A stretch of DNA of 64,000 nt from a virus. Position numbers and translations under genes: made by a program. Below, in pieces: positions 14,008-25,100 of the stretch; the stretch's first letter is position 1; each line of letters begins with the position of its first letter. The notes beneath the pieces were generated by a model. The model saw only the letters and a list, made by a program, of their open reading frames with translations, ran no database searches and was not told the origin of the DNA. Location of the stretch: the IMG/VR virus record IMGVR_UViG_3300030103_003222, positions 18,762 through 82,761 of that record. One strand, 5' to 3'.

Positions 14008-15599
14008 TGCCTGTCGTCTTCAACCCCGGTGAGCCTGAGACTCGCCCTCTTGACCCCACCGCGATGGTCTACACGACGCCGCAGAAGGTGGCTGACTACC
14101 TCGGTATTGGGCCACAGGAGCCTGTGCTCGCATCTGCTGACTCTGTGAGCGACGGCGTGTTCATCACTGGCGAAGACTACCGCCGCTGCGGCACCGAGGT
14201 TGGCGACACCATCCTCATCTACAGCGACGCCAACCCTCTTGGCGTTGAGAAAGAGATTACCGGCATCAGCAACGGTGGCACCAGTGGTGTGAAACTGGAG
14301 TTCACCGGCTCTTTCACTCACGCTGATTTTGAGGCGGCAGACAACGCCTACGTGCAGAATCTCGCATCGTTCACCAACGCCAAGGTGGGTCGACAACGCG
14401 GTGTCACCAAGGCGATTGTGCAGGCACGTATTCGTGAGGTGCAAGACAAAATCGACAACATCACGCACACAGCGTGGCGTCCCTACATTGTCGCTGCAGA
14501 GTTCATCAATTTTGACACGTATAAGCCATACAGGCGTCGATATTACACCGATTATGTCGGCACTACACCGCTTCTGTTCCGCAGCGTGCAACAGGTTCTG
14601 CGATTGGAACTGTGGCAGGGTGACGACTACCGTGAGATTTGTGGTGCTGAAGCCCGACTGCAGATTCCTGAAGACGTGCGAGCCATCAGTGGCTCTATTG
14701 TTCTGTCACCCGGAAACGGGACCTCCGTGACGTTGACTGCGGAGAAGGACTCTGCTGCCACGGCCACCACCACCAAGTGGCGCACGGACTTTGACGCCAC
14801 GACCACTGCGCAGAACCTCGCGGACCTCATCAACAAGGAAGACCGCGTCAGCAAGGCGTCTGTTGAGTTCAGCCCTGCCTTCACCCTCGAAGGCTCTACG
14901 TCAAACGTGGCCGTCCACAACGAGTTCCTCGCCTCAGCCAATGCCGAATACGGCACGGGAATCGTCAAACTCTCCAGCATGCGTCAAGCGAAGGGCGGTG
15001 AAGTTTGCAGCCTCGTCTGCACTGACAGCACCATCGGCATCTCACAGACTGCGCAGCAGACCACCGCCTTCAGTGCTGTTGTGGACACCGATGACGTGCA
15101 GGTCACTTCGACTGGGGGCTTTGCCAAGGCGGGTGTTGCGACAGATGGCACCAACGTCTTTCGCTACACCGCAGTGTCCGATACCAAGTTTCTGAACTGC
15201 ACAGCGGTCATCGGCTCGCTCGGCTCACTGAGCGGCAACATCAGTCAACACTTGCTGCAACTCGACTTGCAGGGTGGGAGCGCCAGTGGCGACAACGCCC
15301 GTTTCAAGGACTGGTGGCTCGACCACGACATGGGTATCATTTACTTCAACAACTCATACCCCTTCTTCGAGTGGAACGCCGTCAAGGTGTCCTACATCTA
15401 CGGTGAGCGCTATTTGGAGAAGGCCATTGAGGAGGTCGCCACGAAGATGGTGGTCATTGACCTGCTCATGTCTGATGACCGCAGCGTGCTGCTGCCTGAA
15501 GGGACCAACAACATCGACCTCTCAGCCAAGGTGCAGTTGCTGCAGTCTGAGATTGACCGCATTCTCCCACGGTATCAGGAAATCGTCCTGTTCGAGTGA
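14007..15599 (+). CDS. Head-tail adaptor/connector-like protein with inserted beta domains
   Basis: N-terminal 'YTTPQKVADYL' and C-terminal 'AVKVSYIYG...AIEEVATKMVVIDLL' are typical of gp6/gp15-type adaptors. Located between head and tail genes. Confidence 0.65.
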   Translation: MPVVFNPGEPETRPLDPTAMVYTTPQKVADYLGIGPQEPVLASADSVSDGVFITGEDYRRCGTEVGDTILIYSDANPLGVEKEITGISNGGTSGVKLEFTGSFTHADFEAADNAYVQNLASFTNAKVGRQRGVTKAIVQARIREVQDKIDNITHTAWRPYIVAAEFINFDTYKPYRRRYYTDYVGTTPLLFRSVQQVLRLELWQGDDYREICGAEARLQIPEDVRAISGSIVLSPGNGTSVTLTAEKDSAATATTTKWRTDFDATTTAQNLADLINKEDRVSKASVEFSPAFTLEGSTSNVAVHNEFLASANAEYGTGIVKLSSMRQAKGGEVCSLVCTDSTIGISQTAQQTTAFSAVVDTDDVQVTSTGGFAKAGVATDGTNVFRYTAVSDTKFLNCTAVIGSLGSLSGNISQHLLQLDLQGGSASGDNARFKDWWLDHDMGIIYFNNSYPFFEWNAVKVSYIYGERYLEKAIEEVATKMVVIDLLMSDDRSVLLPEGTNNIDLSAKVQLLQSEIDRILPRYQEIVLFE

Positions 15600-15608
15600 G
15601 GTGGGTGT

Positions 15609-15950
15609 GTGGTTAGCGACATCCTCGATGACCTCTTTAACGCAGCAGCGAAAGACATGGCCGACCCCAAAGTGCAGTCTGAACTCCAGCAGTTCGTCAA
15701 GGAGCACGATGGAAACTACCGTCGTGCCGTTGAGCAGCAGGAACTGGGGATGGACGGTATCAACCGCAACGAGTCGGGCGATTATGAGCAGCGTGGACGC
15801 AAACCGGAGGAGAGCGTTCTTAACGCAGCGCTGGGTAGGGTCGATAAGCGGATGCTGACGGAGTCTCCTGACCTCGTCAAGCAAAAACTCACAGTCAGTG
15901 CAGGTAATGTCACTCTTGACAAGAAGGCGTATCGAAGGGAGGTGGAGTGA
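15609..15950 (+). CDS. Hypothetical neck-region protein (113 aa)
   Basis: GAGGTG RBS; operon order. Confidence 0.65.
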   Translation: MVSDILDDLFNAAAKDMADPKVQSELQQFVKEHDGNYRRAVEQQELGMDGINRNESGDYEQRGRKPEESVLNAALGRVDKRMLTESPDLVKQKLTVSAGNVTLDKKAYRREVE

Positions 15951-16396
15951 TGGTCGCAACGTGGACTGAAGGCCTCGATGTAGTCATCGCTGTGCTGGAG
16001 GATTGGAACCGCGCCAACACGAGCAACATCAAGCCGGTCATTGCTGACATCGCCACCGTCAACCCTGAGCGTGGGAAGCGCCTCGACATGAAAAAGTCGG
16101 ACTACGTCATGTGCTACGAGACGGCGCACAACGAAGAAGCGCCTGAATTGCTCTATGACTTCGTCACGACGCGCATCAACATCACTGTTGACATGCGCAC
16201 GATGCGTGGGCGTAAGCACATGCAAGCGATGGAAAACGAGGTGCGTCGCCTCATTCACACCAAGCGCAAGGGCGACGGAGTGTCGTTCGACCGCTTGGTT
16301 TTCAAAACGCGGACAGACCTGTCTGACCGCACCAAGAGCCTATTCCGCATGACCTTTCAAATCGAGGTTGTTATATTCGCGGAACTCGTGCCATAA
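15950..16396 (+). CDS. Putative tail terminator/completion protein
   Basis: About 148 aa with an alpha/beta pattern (ITVDMRT...EVRRLI...MTFQIEV), directly upstream of the tail tube. GGAGGTG RBS. Confidence 0.6.
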   Translation: MVATWTEGLDVVIAVLEDWNRANTSNIKPVIADIATVNPERGKRLDMKKSDYVMCYETAHNEEAPELLYDFVTTRINITVDMRTMRGRKHMQAMENEVRRLIHTKRKGDGVSFDRLVFKTRTDLSDRTKSLFRMTFQIEVVIFAELVP

Positions 16397-16407
16397 GGTG
16401 AGCCAAC

Positions 16408-18366
16408 ATGCCGTCGACTGTCTACAAGGGTGACTTGACCGAGGTGTCCTTCGGACACGAGACTGCACTTCGGTTGGACCACGACTACGCTGGCTCCTTC
16501 GGTTTCCAACTCACGACCGTGACCGCTGCCGACGAAACGTCGGTCATTACGTTGTCCAACGGGGCATCCGGCACGCCCGTCAACGGCGGTATTCTCAAAG
16601 TGCCCATCGGTATGCTGGTCGGTGTCAAGGTCAGCATTATTGGCGGTGGGAACTTCACTGACGACAATGGGCGACTCTTCACGGTCATCGCTCAGACCAA
16701 GAACACGTTCACGGTGACGCCTGCTCTCAATGAAGCCAACTTGACATCCAGCGCTGCCGGCGATGCGCTCATCTTCCACTCGCTTGCGATGCCCAGCGTT
16801 GACGTGAACTCCGGGCACAACGACAACGCAAATGCTTCGACAGAGCGTTCGCTGCTCGACCAATTCGTCGGTCTGACGGCTACTGTGACGTTGCCCGAGA
16901 CGAAGGTGGACCTCAAGCGCTATCACGTCGTTGGCCTTGGCCGCGACGTCGCTGTGCAGGTGCCGGGTCGTTTCGTCAACCAAGGTGGCTCGTTTGAGGT
17001 CAACATGCATAACCCACGCTGGCTCTATTACTGCCTCGGTATGGAGTCTGTGGACGTCGGCACGACGTATGACGCATTGTGCGACAACAACAACTACACG
17101 TTGAATGGCGCCATCAAGGCGGGTGCGACGGTCATCACCTTTGCTGGCACTGGCACTCCTGATTTCGCCAGCGTCTCTTCTCCCGTTGGAGCGGGTGATT
17201 ACGTTATCATCAAAGACACGACTTCTGCTGACATCATCACGTATCGAGAGGCTGACAGTGGGAAGAAGTTCGGTGATGCCGGCACCGCCATCAACGATTA
17301 CTTCGACACCACCGAAACGAGTGAAATCCGCCGTATCGTGGCCATCACTGGGTCCAACAAAATCTTCCTTGACGGCGCTCTGCTCTTCCCCCATGCCACG
17401 GGTAAGTCGATTCGCTTTGCTCGCTTCAACAGCGATTCTACGCAGGGAAGTCCCGACCGTGCCAGCACGGGCGCGTTGACCAACGGTGTGACCCGTCTGC
17501 TCTATTCCCGCTCTCATGTGCCATCTTTCGCCATGGAGGTCAGCATCCGACGCCGCGATAGCGATGGTGGTGACGGTGCTGGCGTGACGGACGGGGTATC
17601 GGAAACCGACGTGACTGACGAAGCCGTTGACGGTGGGAGCACCGACAACAAGCAATTGACGCGTGTGTTCCGTGGCTGCAAGGTCAAGGACTTCTCGCTC
17701 ACGGCTGATACAGACGCCGCGCTGCGGCTCAACGTCAACTTTGACTCGACGCTCTGCTACACGGACACTGGGCGGCTTGAGGCGTCCAACAAGGGCGACC
17801 GCTACGACACTCACCGCATGTTTGAGGACACGGCCAACACCGACGCCAAGCGCAAGGAGAGCGGCATCGCTCCGGGCACGCAGAAGCCCTTCATGTTCTA
17901 TAACGGGACCGTCACCTTTGCCGGTCGCCGCATTGGGCAGGTTGTCTCTTTCACACTCAACGGTAGCACGGGTGTGCAGCAGTTCTACACCATCAACGGT
18001 GCGGCTGTGACCGACGCTGCAACCGACCAAACGCCGTTCGCTGGTTCGCGCAACGCCTCGTTGTCTGTTGAGGGCAAGACCGAATACAGCATGGACATGG
18101 AAATCATCGTGGAAGACCCAGTCTTCTACCACGAGATGCGCCGCGCAGTCGGCCGCGACCCAACGACCGCTGACATGATTCGCCTGTCTTTCACCAAACC
18201 CGGCACGGCAAGCGGGCGTGAGTCGCTGGACATCATGCTGGACGACTATTACATCACGGAAGCGGGTCTGCCGATTCCTGAAGACAAGGGACCAATCCGT
18301 GCACCACTCAAGGTGCTACCCAAGGCCATTCGCGTGGTATCGACGGACACGCTCTTCCACTGCTGA
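16408..18366 (+). CDS. Major tail tube protein with large insertions
   Basis: 'VYKGDLTEVSFGHE', 'GGSFEVNM', 'RVFRGCKVKDFSLTAD...LRLNVNF' and 'VVSFTLNGST' match siphoviral tube architecture. No sheath gene is present. Confidence 0.75.
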   Translation: MPSTVYKGDLTEVSFGHETALRLDHDYAGSFGFQLTTVTAADETSVITLSNGASGTPVNGGILKVPIGMLVGVKVSIIGGGNFTDDNGRLFTVIAQTKNTFTVTPALNEANLTSSAAGDALIFHSLAMPSVDVNSGHNDNANASTERSLLDQFVGLTATVTLPETKVDLKRYHVVGLGRDVAVQVPGRFVNQGGSFEVNMHNPRWLYYCLGMESVDVGTTYDALCDNNNYTLNGAIKAGATVITFAGTGTPDFASVSSPVGAGDYVIIKDTTSADIITYREADSGKKFGDAGTAINDYFDTTETSEIRRIVAITGSNKIFLDGALLFPHATGKSIRFARFNSDSTQGSPDRASTGALTNGVTRLLYSRSHVPSFAMEVSIRRRDSDGGDGAGVTDGVSETDVTDEAVDGGSTDNKQLTRVFRGCKVKDFSLTADTDAALRLNVNFDSTLCYTDTGRLEASNKGDRYDTHRMFEDTANTDAKRKESGIAPGTQKPFMFYNGTVTFAGRRIGQVVSFTLNGSTGVQQFYTINGAAVTDAATDQTPFAGSRNASLSVEGKTEYSMDMEIIVEDPVFYHEMRRAVGRDPTTADMIRLSFTKPGTASGRESLDIMLDDYYITEAGLPIPEDKGPIRAPLKVLPKAIRVVSTDTLFHC

Positions 18367-18375
18367 GGTGACAAC

Positions 18376-18906
18376 ATGACCGACCGATTGACTGCTTTCC
18401 ATTACCGCCGCAAGACCCCTGTTGATTACGCGCACTGGTTTGCGGAGCACATCGGGGTGGAGGGTATCGTCCTCGACAGGGTGCCTCGTGAGAAGGAGCG
18501 CATCGAAGACCTTGTGTTGACCCTGACCGCCCCGCACGAGTCGGAGATTCAGCCGACCACTGAGTCGAATGACCCGGAGAACATCCCCGACACCGAGGTT
18601 GAAGACATCCCCAACAGCGAGGACTTTCCCGCTGAACTTTCCTACGATGCCATGACGCTTGTTGAACTCCGCGAAGAGTGCAAGCGCCGTGGTCTTCCCT
18701 ACTACGGCACCAAGGCTGAGATTGCTCTCCGCCTAAAGCGTGACGATGAAGGGATTGAAGAGTCCACACCGACGCCGGAGGCCCCCGATGAAGAATCGGC
18801 TGCCGAGGAAGAAGTGGACGCCCCCGCTGATGAAGCGGCTGCGACCGAGGTGGAGATGAATGAAGACAGTGAGCGACAAGACCAAACTGCTGAGACAGAA
18901 GAATGA
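18376..18906 (+). CDS. Acidic protein with a SAP domain
   Basis: 'YDAMTLVELREECKRRGLPYYGTKAEIALRL' fits the SAP consensus. GAGGTGA RBS. Confidence 0.8.
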   Translation: MTDRLTAFHYRRKTPVDYAHWFAEHIGVEGIVLDRVPREKERIEDLVLTLTAPHESEIQPTTESNDPENIPDTEVEDIPNSEDFPAELSYDAMTLVELREECKRRGLPYYGTKAEIALRLKRDDEGIEESTPTPEAPDEESAAEEEVDAPADEAAATEVEMNEDSERQDQTAETEE

Positions 18907-19231
18907 GAAGATGCACGAGATTCCTGTAGACCCCGATGACCCAAATGTGGTCATGCGGGTGTGGGTCAGGGACATCTCATTCTTTGACATGCAGCAGGCC
19001 GCTCAAGCCATGCTCGATTTCGAGTCTGACGGTTCATTCAACATCAACCTCGCCGCCTACTGGCGCCACGCTTTCACGCACTGGATTGTCCGCTCTGAAC
19101 CGGAGATGACCAGCAGCGAACTGCTTGACCTCAGAGGCGACATCGGCCAGCGCATTTCGTCGCTGCTACCTTCGCCCAACGCGCTTGCGGAGGCGATTCA
19201 GGGAGATTTTACGCAAGGCGACAGTCAGTGA
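18860..19231 (+). CDS. Putative tail assembly chaperone (G-like)
   Basis: About 120 aa, between the tube and tape measure genes. Confidence 0.55.
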   Translation: MKTVSDKTKLLRQKNEKMHEIPVDPDDPNVVMRVWVRDISFFDMQQAAQAMLDFESDGSFNINLAAYWRHAFTHWIVRSEPEMTSSELLDLRGDIGQRISSLLPSPNALAEAIQGDFTQGDSQ

Positions 19232-19503
19232 TTGAGGCCTTCCTCAGTCGAAAGACGGTCGCCACTGCAGAAGACATGCAGATGCAATTGGAATTGTGGG
19301 CCTACATCATCGCCAAACACTACGGTATATCGTTGAAGGAAGTGCATGAGATGAGTCCTGAGACGTTCCAGCAGTCGTTGACTTGGGCCTTCGTTGGAAG
19401 GAGTCAAGAGGAAAAGGACATGAAGAGGCAGCGCCAAGAAGCAAACAGCGGGGGCCGTGAGACGGTCAGCCTCGACTATGATTGGCTCAGTGAGGACTTC
19501 TGA
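19228..19503 (+). CDS. Putative tail assembly chaperone (T-like, -1 frame relative to the upstream gene)
   Basis: 'IAKHYGISLKEVHEMSPETF' is typical of the second chaperone ORF. Overlaps the upstream ORF in the -1 frame. Confidence 0.55.
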   Translation: MIEAFLSRKTVATAEDMQMQLELWAYIIAKHYGISLKEVHEMSPETFQQSLTWAFVGRSQEEKDMKRQRQEANSGGRETVSLDYDWLSEDF

Positions 19504-20840
19504 TGGTGGGACTTTCAGCGATTGCCAGCCTTGGGGCCAGCGTAGGTGCGCTTGGCGGTGCTCTGAGCAGTGCCTCATCTCTACTCGCGGGTATTGGGCA
19601 AAGCGTGAAAAAAGCGGGGCAGGCAATTAAGCAATCATTTGGCGAGGCAAAGGACTTCATCATCGAAAAGTTTGAGGGCATCAAGACGTGGTGGCAGGAC
19701 AACGTCGTGCCAATTTGGCAGACACTGTCTGACGCGGCTATGCCCATCATTCAGTCTGTCGTTGACTTCTTCACCACTACGTTCGGCTCAGGTTTTGATT
19801 TACTTAAGGCAGCATGGGAATCAGTCACCGGAGTGCTTAGCGTCACATGGAATGCTGTTGTCCAGCCCCTCATCGAACTCTTCACTGGTTCATTCACGGG
19901 CGGCATGGCGCTGCTGCAGGGTGATTTCAGCGGTGCGATGGAGGCAGTAAAGGGCATTTGGGACAACGTCGTGATGCCGCTTATCCAGCCGTTTGTTGAC
20001 TCGTTCAAGACAGGTTTGGCTCTCGTTAAGGGTGACTGGGATGGCGTCATTACGGGCCTCAAGGCCGTGTGGGATGGCACCATCGGTCCCTTGGTCAGTG
20101 CGTTTGTCGACCCGTTCCTGAACGCTCTGAGCAGCATTCGTGAGCGATGGAGTGAGATGACTAAAACCATGCGTGAGCGGTTCGGTTTTATTGACGCCAT
20201 CTTCACCAAACTGGAAGAGTTCAAGGCCAAGTTCGACTTCATTCGCGACAACTGGTCACTCATCATAAACGCCATGAAAACGCGTTTTGAGAAGTTCATT
20301 GAACCCCTCAAGGACAAACTCGCAGGGCCTGTTGAGAAACTGAAAGACAAGATGGAGATTGTCAAAACGCGCTTCAGCGAACTCAAGACCAGCATGGAAG
20401 ATTTTCGAGATACGCTTGTGGATGCCTTTGAGACTCACATTCAACCGAAGTTCGAGAAACTCAAGGAACTGATTGACGACATCAAAACGGGTTATGACAA
20501 CATCAAGGGCTTTGTTGGCGATACCAAGGACAACATCTTGGGAAGAAGCGAAGGGGGTGGCGGCGGATTCTCTGCTGGAGGTGTCGCTTCAGGGCCAACA
20601 AGTGGCTACACTGCTACACTTCACGGCACAGAAGCCATCGTTCCTCTACCGAACGGGAGGTCCATTCCAGTGGAAATGAAGGGTGATGCCGCAGGTTCGC
20701 AGACGTTCAACATCACCGTCAACGCCAGCGGCATCACAGACCGCAGCGACAAACGCCAGTTGGCGCGTGAAATTGGCAACATGTTGCAGCAAGAAGTCGC
20801 CCGTGCCGTGGGCGGTAGCACCACACGAGGGAGGTTCTGA
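19503..20840 (+). CDS. Tape measure protein (short, 445 aa)
   Basis: Amphipathic helices with periodic W/F residues. C-terminal 'FSAGGVASGPTSGYTATLHGTEAIVPL...FNITVNASG' is typical of TMP ends. Confidence 0.85.
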   Translation: MVGLSAIASLGASVGALGGALSSASSLLAGIGQSVKKAGQAIKQSFGEAKDFIIEKFEGIKTWWQDNVVPIWQTLSDAAMPIIQSVVDFFTTTFGSGFDLLKAAWESVTGVLSVTWNAVVQPLIELFTGSFTGGMALLQGDFSGAMEAVKGIWDNVVMPLIQPFVDSFKTGLALVKGDWDGVITGLKAVWDGTIGPLVSAFVDPFLNALSSIRERWSEMTKTMRERFGFIDAIFTKLEEFKAKFDFIRDNWSLIINAMKTRFEKFIEPLKDKLAGPVEKLKDKMEIVKTRFSELKTSMEDFRDTLVDAFETHIQPKFEKLKELIDDIKTGYDNIKGFVGDTKDNILGRSEGGGGGFSAGGVASGPTSGYTATLHGTEAIVPLPNGRSIPVEMKGDAAGSQTFNITVNASGITDRSDKRQLAREIGNMLQQEVARAVGGSTTRGRF

Positions 20841-20842
20841 AC

Positions 20843-22102
20843 ATGAATCAACCAGTGCGTATTCTGTTCAGCAATCAGAAGAAGATGGACGAGCACTATC
20901 CCGGTGGAATGGAACTCATGGCGACGTCCATTCAGATGGACGTTGAGCGGAAGTTCAACCCAATTCCCATTCCGCTTGGGGGTGGCGCTCGATTCGGCAT
21001 TGACATGAACAGCGTCAACAGTGCCATTCAGATTGAGGGCGTTCTGACTGACGATGACCCAGCAGGGCGCACCGTTAGTGGAACCAAAGCCGTGGCTGAA
21101 ATTGACGTTGCATTCGACTCTTCAAGCAAGGTCGCGGTTGGTGCCCTACAGGCCGTCACAACATCGAATTATGCTTCTGCAAAAGGCATTGGAATCAGCG
21201 TAGGTGGAGTGGAGTGGAGAATCTTCCTCAGCGAAACACATGGCTCCGCCAGCATTGGTGACGTCAGTTTCGAGTCACTCACTCTTGGAACGTCTGCACG
21301 CACAGCAAACGTGCGTATTTTCGTTAGTTCAGGCCCAACATACGCCACTGCCCCGCAGGTAGCAACGGCTATTGCATCCGCCATCAACAACACAACTCAA
21401 AGCGGTTGGGAAATGCCCTTCACTGCCTCAGTTCTGACGTCAAAACTCAAACCGTCTGTGGGTGCCACGCTTGTCTCAATTGAATACGACGAAGTCGGGA
21501 GCGCTGGAAACGACGCCGTCCTCTCTCAATCTTCGTTGACTTCCCGAGCCTTGGGTTCGCCTTTTAAGTTTCAGAGCAGAGACTTTAGCGGCGGTCGAGA
21601 CAAGTCCAGTGCTTTTGCCCGCTCTGCTGGTGACAAACTGCAGGACCTCTACGGTATCGTCCACAATACGCAGAAGCCCGGCTCTTCTATCGTCGCTGGT
21701 GCGGCTATTGGAGCCGGTGCTGCTGCCTTGACAGTCGCTACTGGTGGGGCTGCGGCTATTGCTGGTGCAGCCTTATTCGGTAGTAGTGCGGGTTATTTGG
21801 CGGGTGGAGGACTGGCTCTTTTCGTAGATGGCGACTACCCCAGTCAACTCATCATTCCGTATAATTCGATGCTTACGGCAGACAGCGGTGAACTGTATTC
21901 GGTGCGCCATCTTCGTCTTGCTCTTGGGCTTGGGAAGAGAAGAGAAGACAAATTGTCAACGACAAACACGAGCACGAAGCAAAATGATGGAGACGACATT
22001 GCCATCCGTGGGGGTATCAAGAGCCTGACGTTGGGCCATCAGGCGGGTGAAACCATTTACTCCTTCCGTATGACCTACCTGCCCGTCAACATTCTACTGT
22101 GA
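20843..22102 (+). CDS. Distal tail/baseplate-hub-like protein
   Basis: Immediately after the TMP. N-terminal (GIDMN...IQIEGVLTD) and C-terminal (GGIKSLTL...YSFRMTY) Dit-like segments flank an insertion. Confidence 0.55.
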   Translation: MNQPVRILFSNQKKMDEHYPGGMELMATSIQMDVERKFNPIPIPLGGGARFGIDMNSVNSAIQIEGVLTDDDPAGRTVSGTKAVAEIDVAFDSSSKVAVGALQAVTTSNYASAKGIGISVGGVEWRIFLSETHGSASIGDVSFESLTLGTSARTANVRIFVSSGPTYATAPQVATAIASAINNTTQSGWEMPFTASVLTSKLKPSVGATLVSIEYDEVGSAGNDAVLSQSSLTSRALGSPFKFQSRDFSGGRDKSSAFARSAGDKLQDLYGIVHNTQKPGSSIVAGAAIGAGAAALTVATGGAAAIAGAALFGSSAGYLAGGGLALFVDGDYPSQLIIPYNSMLTADSGELYSVRHLRLALGLGKRREDKLSTTNTSTKQNDGDDIAIRGGIKSLTLGHQAGETIYSFRMTYLPVNILL

Positions 22103-22111
22103 GGTGATACC

Positions 22112-25100
22112 GTGCCCATCATGCTCCAGTCCAATCACGCGCTGTTGTTTGACGGCGTGACGGATTCGGTCATCATCCCACAGGGGCGCAACAGCCGGGT
22201 CGGGGAGAAGTCAGAGCAGGGCGACATCGTTTCGACCAACCTGCTTGGTGAAGACCTCAGCGGAGAACGGGGGCAAGGGCTGATTGGCGACTTGTTCGAC
22301 CGAGGCTTCGCGATTGAGGCGTGGGTCACGCCTGACTGTGGTGGACGTGTTGTGCAGAAAGACGGTCAGTTTCTCCTAAGCGTTGGTGACGTCGACACGC
22401 CCGGACCAGCGGTGTTTGAACTCAACGTGGTAAGCGATGTTGGGCTTGAGAAGGTCATTCTCCGAACAGCCGTGGAGACAACTGCTGGTTATGACGGCAC
22501 CGTCTATCCTGTCAACACGTTTGGTGGAGTTGACGATGCCTTCAATCGCTTCAACAGTGATGATGATGGCACCGCGCTGACGTTGTCGCAGCGTCCGCTT
22601 TTGCATCTCGTCGCTGGTGTTCGTGAGGGCAAGGTTGTGCTTTTCGTCAACGGTGTGTTGATGGCCTCGCAGGAATTGTCACAGGAGTTTGTGCTCAACA
22701 GCAGCAACGAGCCAGTCTTCATCGGCGGACACGGCGGGCAGTTTCGCGGCATTATCGAATCGCTGCACATCTCATCAGCGTTTTCTGATGAGATGACGAC
22801 CCGCAGTGCACCATTGGTCAGTAGTAGAACGGCCTGTTTGATGCGCTTTGAAGAGCCGATTTCGCCTATCAGCGGCACCTATACGTTCAGCAGCATCGGT
22901 AGTTCCAGCGGTCTTTCAACGCTCAACATCGGCACCACAACGGCTGCCTCATTGGCCAGTGCTCTGACAGGAAAGACACAGACATCAGGCACGGTTGATT
23001 TCACCAAGACCCCCTATTCGACAGGTGACTACAGCGTCGTTGACTTCACGACTTCACCGGGCACAAAGCGCACGCACCTTGTCCCCCATGTGCCGTTTAA
23101 CCTCCTCATCAATCCCGGTGCTGTCAAGCGCAGCACCATGAAGCCGAACCAATCTCCGCCTGAGCGCGTCCGGCTGCTCTCAATCGACCTCGGTGCTGGC
23201 ACAGCACTGGTCAGTAGCGTCCACCTCGATTTCGTCAACAGCACGCACGACAGTCGCGATGTCCCGTCGCTGCATGACGGATTGCGACCAGTGCTTCACA
23301 GCCGTAGTTCTGCGACGGGCGATGATTACTTCGTCGTCATCACTGGTGACAGCCTCATTGAAAACGGCTCAGGGCGCCCCTATCAGCCGCCTCATTTTTC
23401 CACTCAGATTGTCGACCGCACAGGTCAGATGGTGCTCGATGAGGGGCATTTCGAGCAACACGGTATTGTGTATTCCGACCGCATGGCCACGACAGCAAGT
23501 GACAGCGACAACCCGTTCGCTGTGACGTGGCCGAGCACGCTTGACGCGTCGTTTCAAGTCGGGCACAGCGGACGCCACACGCTAAACCACGTCCAAGGGC
23601 ACCACTACCTACGTCAGATGGCCGACCCGCAAGAGGAGATTCTCGACCAGCGTATTGACGCCGCCGATGTGCTGACGTTGATTTATGACGCAGCATCGAA
23701 GGGCATTGACAAGCAGTTCCCGATGAACTCACGCGTCGACTATTACCGCGAACTGGGCACTCTACCACTTCTCACCGTCGTTTCTTCTTCCACCGCCTAT
23801 GAGGAGGTGGATAACGGTTTGACGGGCGCATCTCGCGACCTTATCGCCATCGGTGGGCTAAGCGGAGGGTTGAGGTTTGACCCTTCGCCGTTCTTCCTCA
23901 AAGGCCCTGTGCCCGAAGATTACGCGAACGTCGATGCCGAACTGCGCAAGCATCACTTGAGGCCATCAGCGACTTCGCGTATTGCGGTGTTGGAGGTCAG
24001 CGGTCTGTCGAGTTACGGCATGTCCCCATACGTTGAGATTCACTATAACGCCATTGACCTCACTGGCGCGAGCATGGGCAAGACAGCGCCTATGCTGATG
24101 GTGGAGAAGACTATACCAGCGGCCAACACGTTGCTCTCAGGTTCGACGTATGTGCTTGACGTCATCGAAACTGCGTTGTCATCAGGCGCTACGTTGCACG
24201 CTCCCGGTGGCGTCATTTCCTTTGGCGCACCAAGTGACAGCGCGATGTCCCAGTTCTTTGCTTCAAATACTCTGATGGGTGACAACAGCGAAGGTTTCGA
24301 GAGTGACGATGAATTGGATGAGCGGTTCACGCCTCAAAATTACTCGACCATCGTTGCCAATCAACCGCGTAAGCCACCTCAAAACATCGCTGCATCGCAC
24401 ACCACAGCAACCCATGAGTCGCAGTTCAACAGGCTTGTGATACAGCAAATCGACGCCCCAACCGAGACGTTCACCAATCGTCGTGCTGTCCACACTGACC
24501 ACACCTCTCCAAGCAACGGTCAGTTCGACGTTGGGCGCACAGCAAGCGCGAGCAACGTGCACGAGATGTTCGACATCATCGACAACCACGCTGTGCTCTC
24601 TCCAAACGTCAAAGCGCGGTATTTCGTTCAGCCCTCAAATCGCACGCGCACGCGACAACTGACGTATGCCCGTGGCGCTTTCACTCGTCCTGACGACTTC
24701 AACGTGGCCAAGGTCATGTTGCTTATGTCCCCCATGCGACTCCGCTCTGTCGCTGAAGATGAGAGCGATGAGGGTAGCCGCGCCACCATTGTTCGCTGCG
24801 TGGGTATGAACGCTGACGCGATGACCCGTGATGTCAGTGAGATTGGCTCAGGTAGCCCCAACTCGCATGTCGTCAAGGAAATTGAGCCAAACGCACCCGT
24901 CGTCACTGTGACGCTCGGTGGGGTTGGTCAAGGAGCCTATGACACCAAACCTACGTTCGACCCAAGCCCAATGGCTCGTCTGCCCTACAGCACGAGGCGT
25001 GGTTATTCGGTGTATGCGACTTCGGCTCGTGTTGATTTGAGCGCTTCGCCACAGAACTTCCTGAACGTCGTGGCGCTCAACAACGACACAGACGACCTCA

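Noticed and set aside
16357-18132. 591-aa minus-strand ORF, and many other long antisense ORFs such as 3034-3834, 10236-10901, 13659-14591 and 57112-57927
   Set aside because: These are shadows of real genes on the opposite strand, caused by GC-rich biased codon usage. They have no SD and no recognisable motifs.
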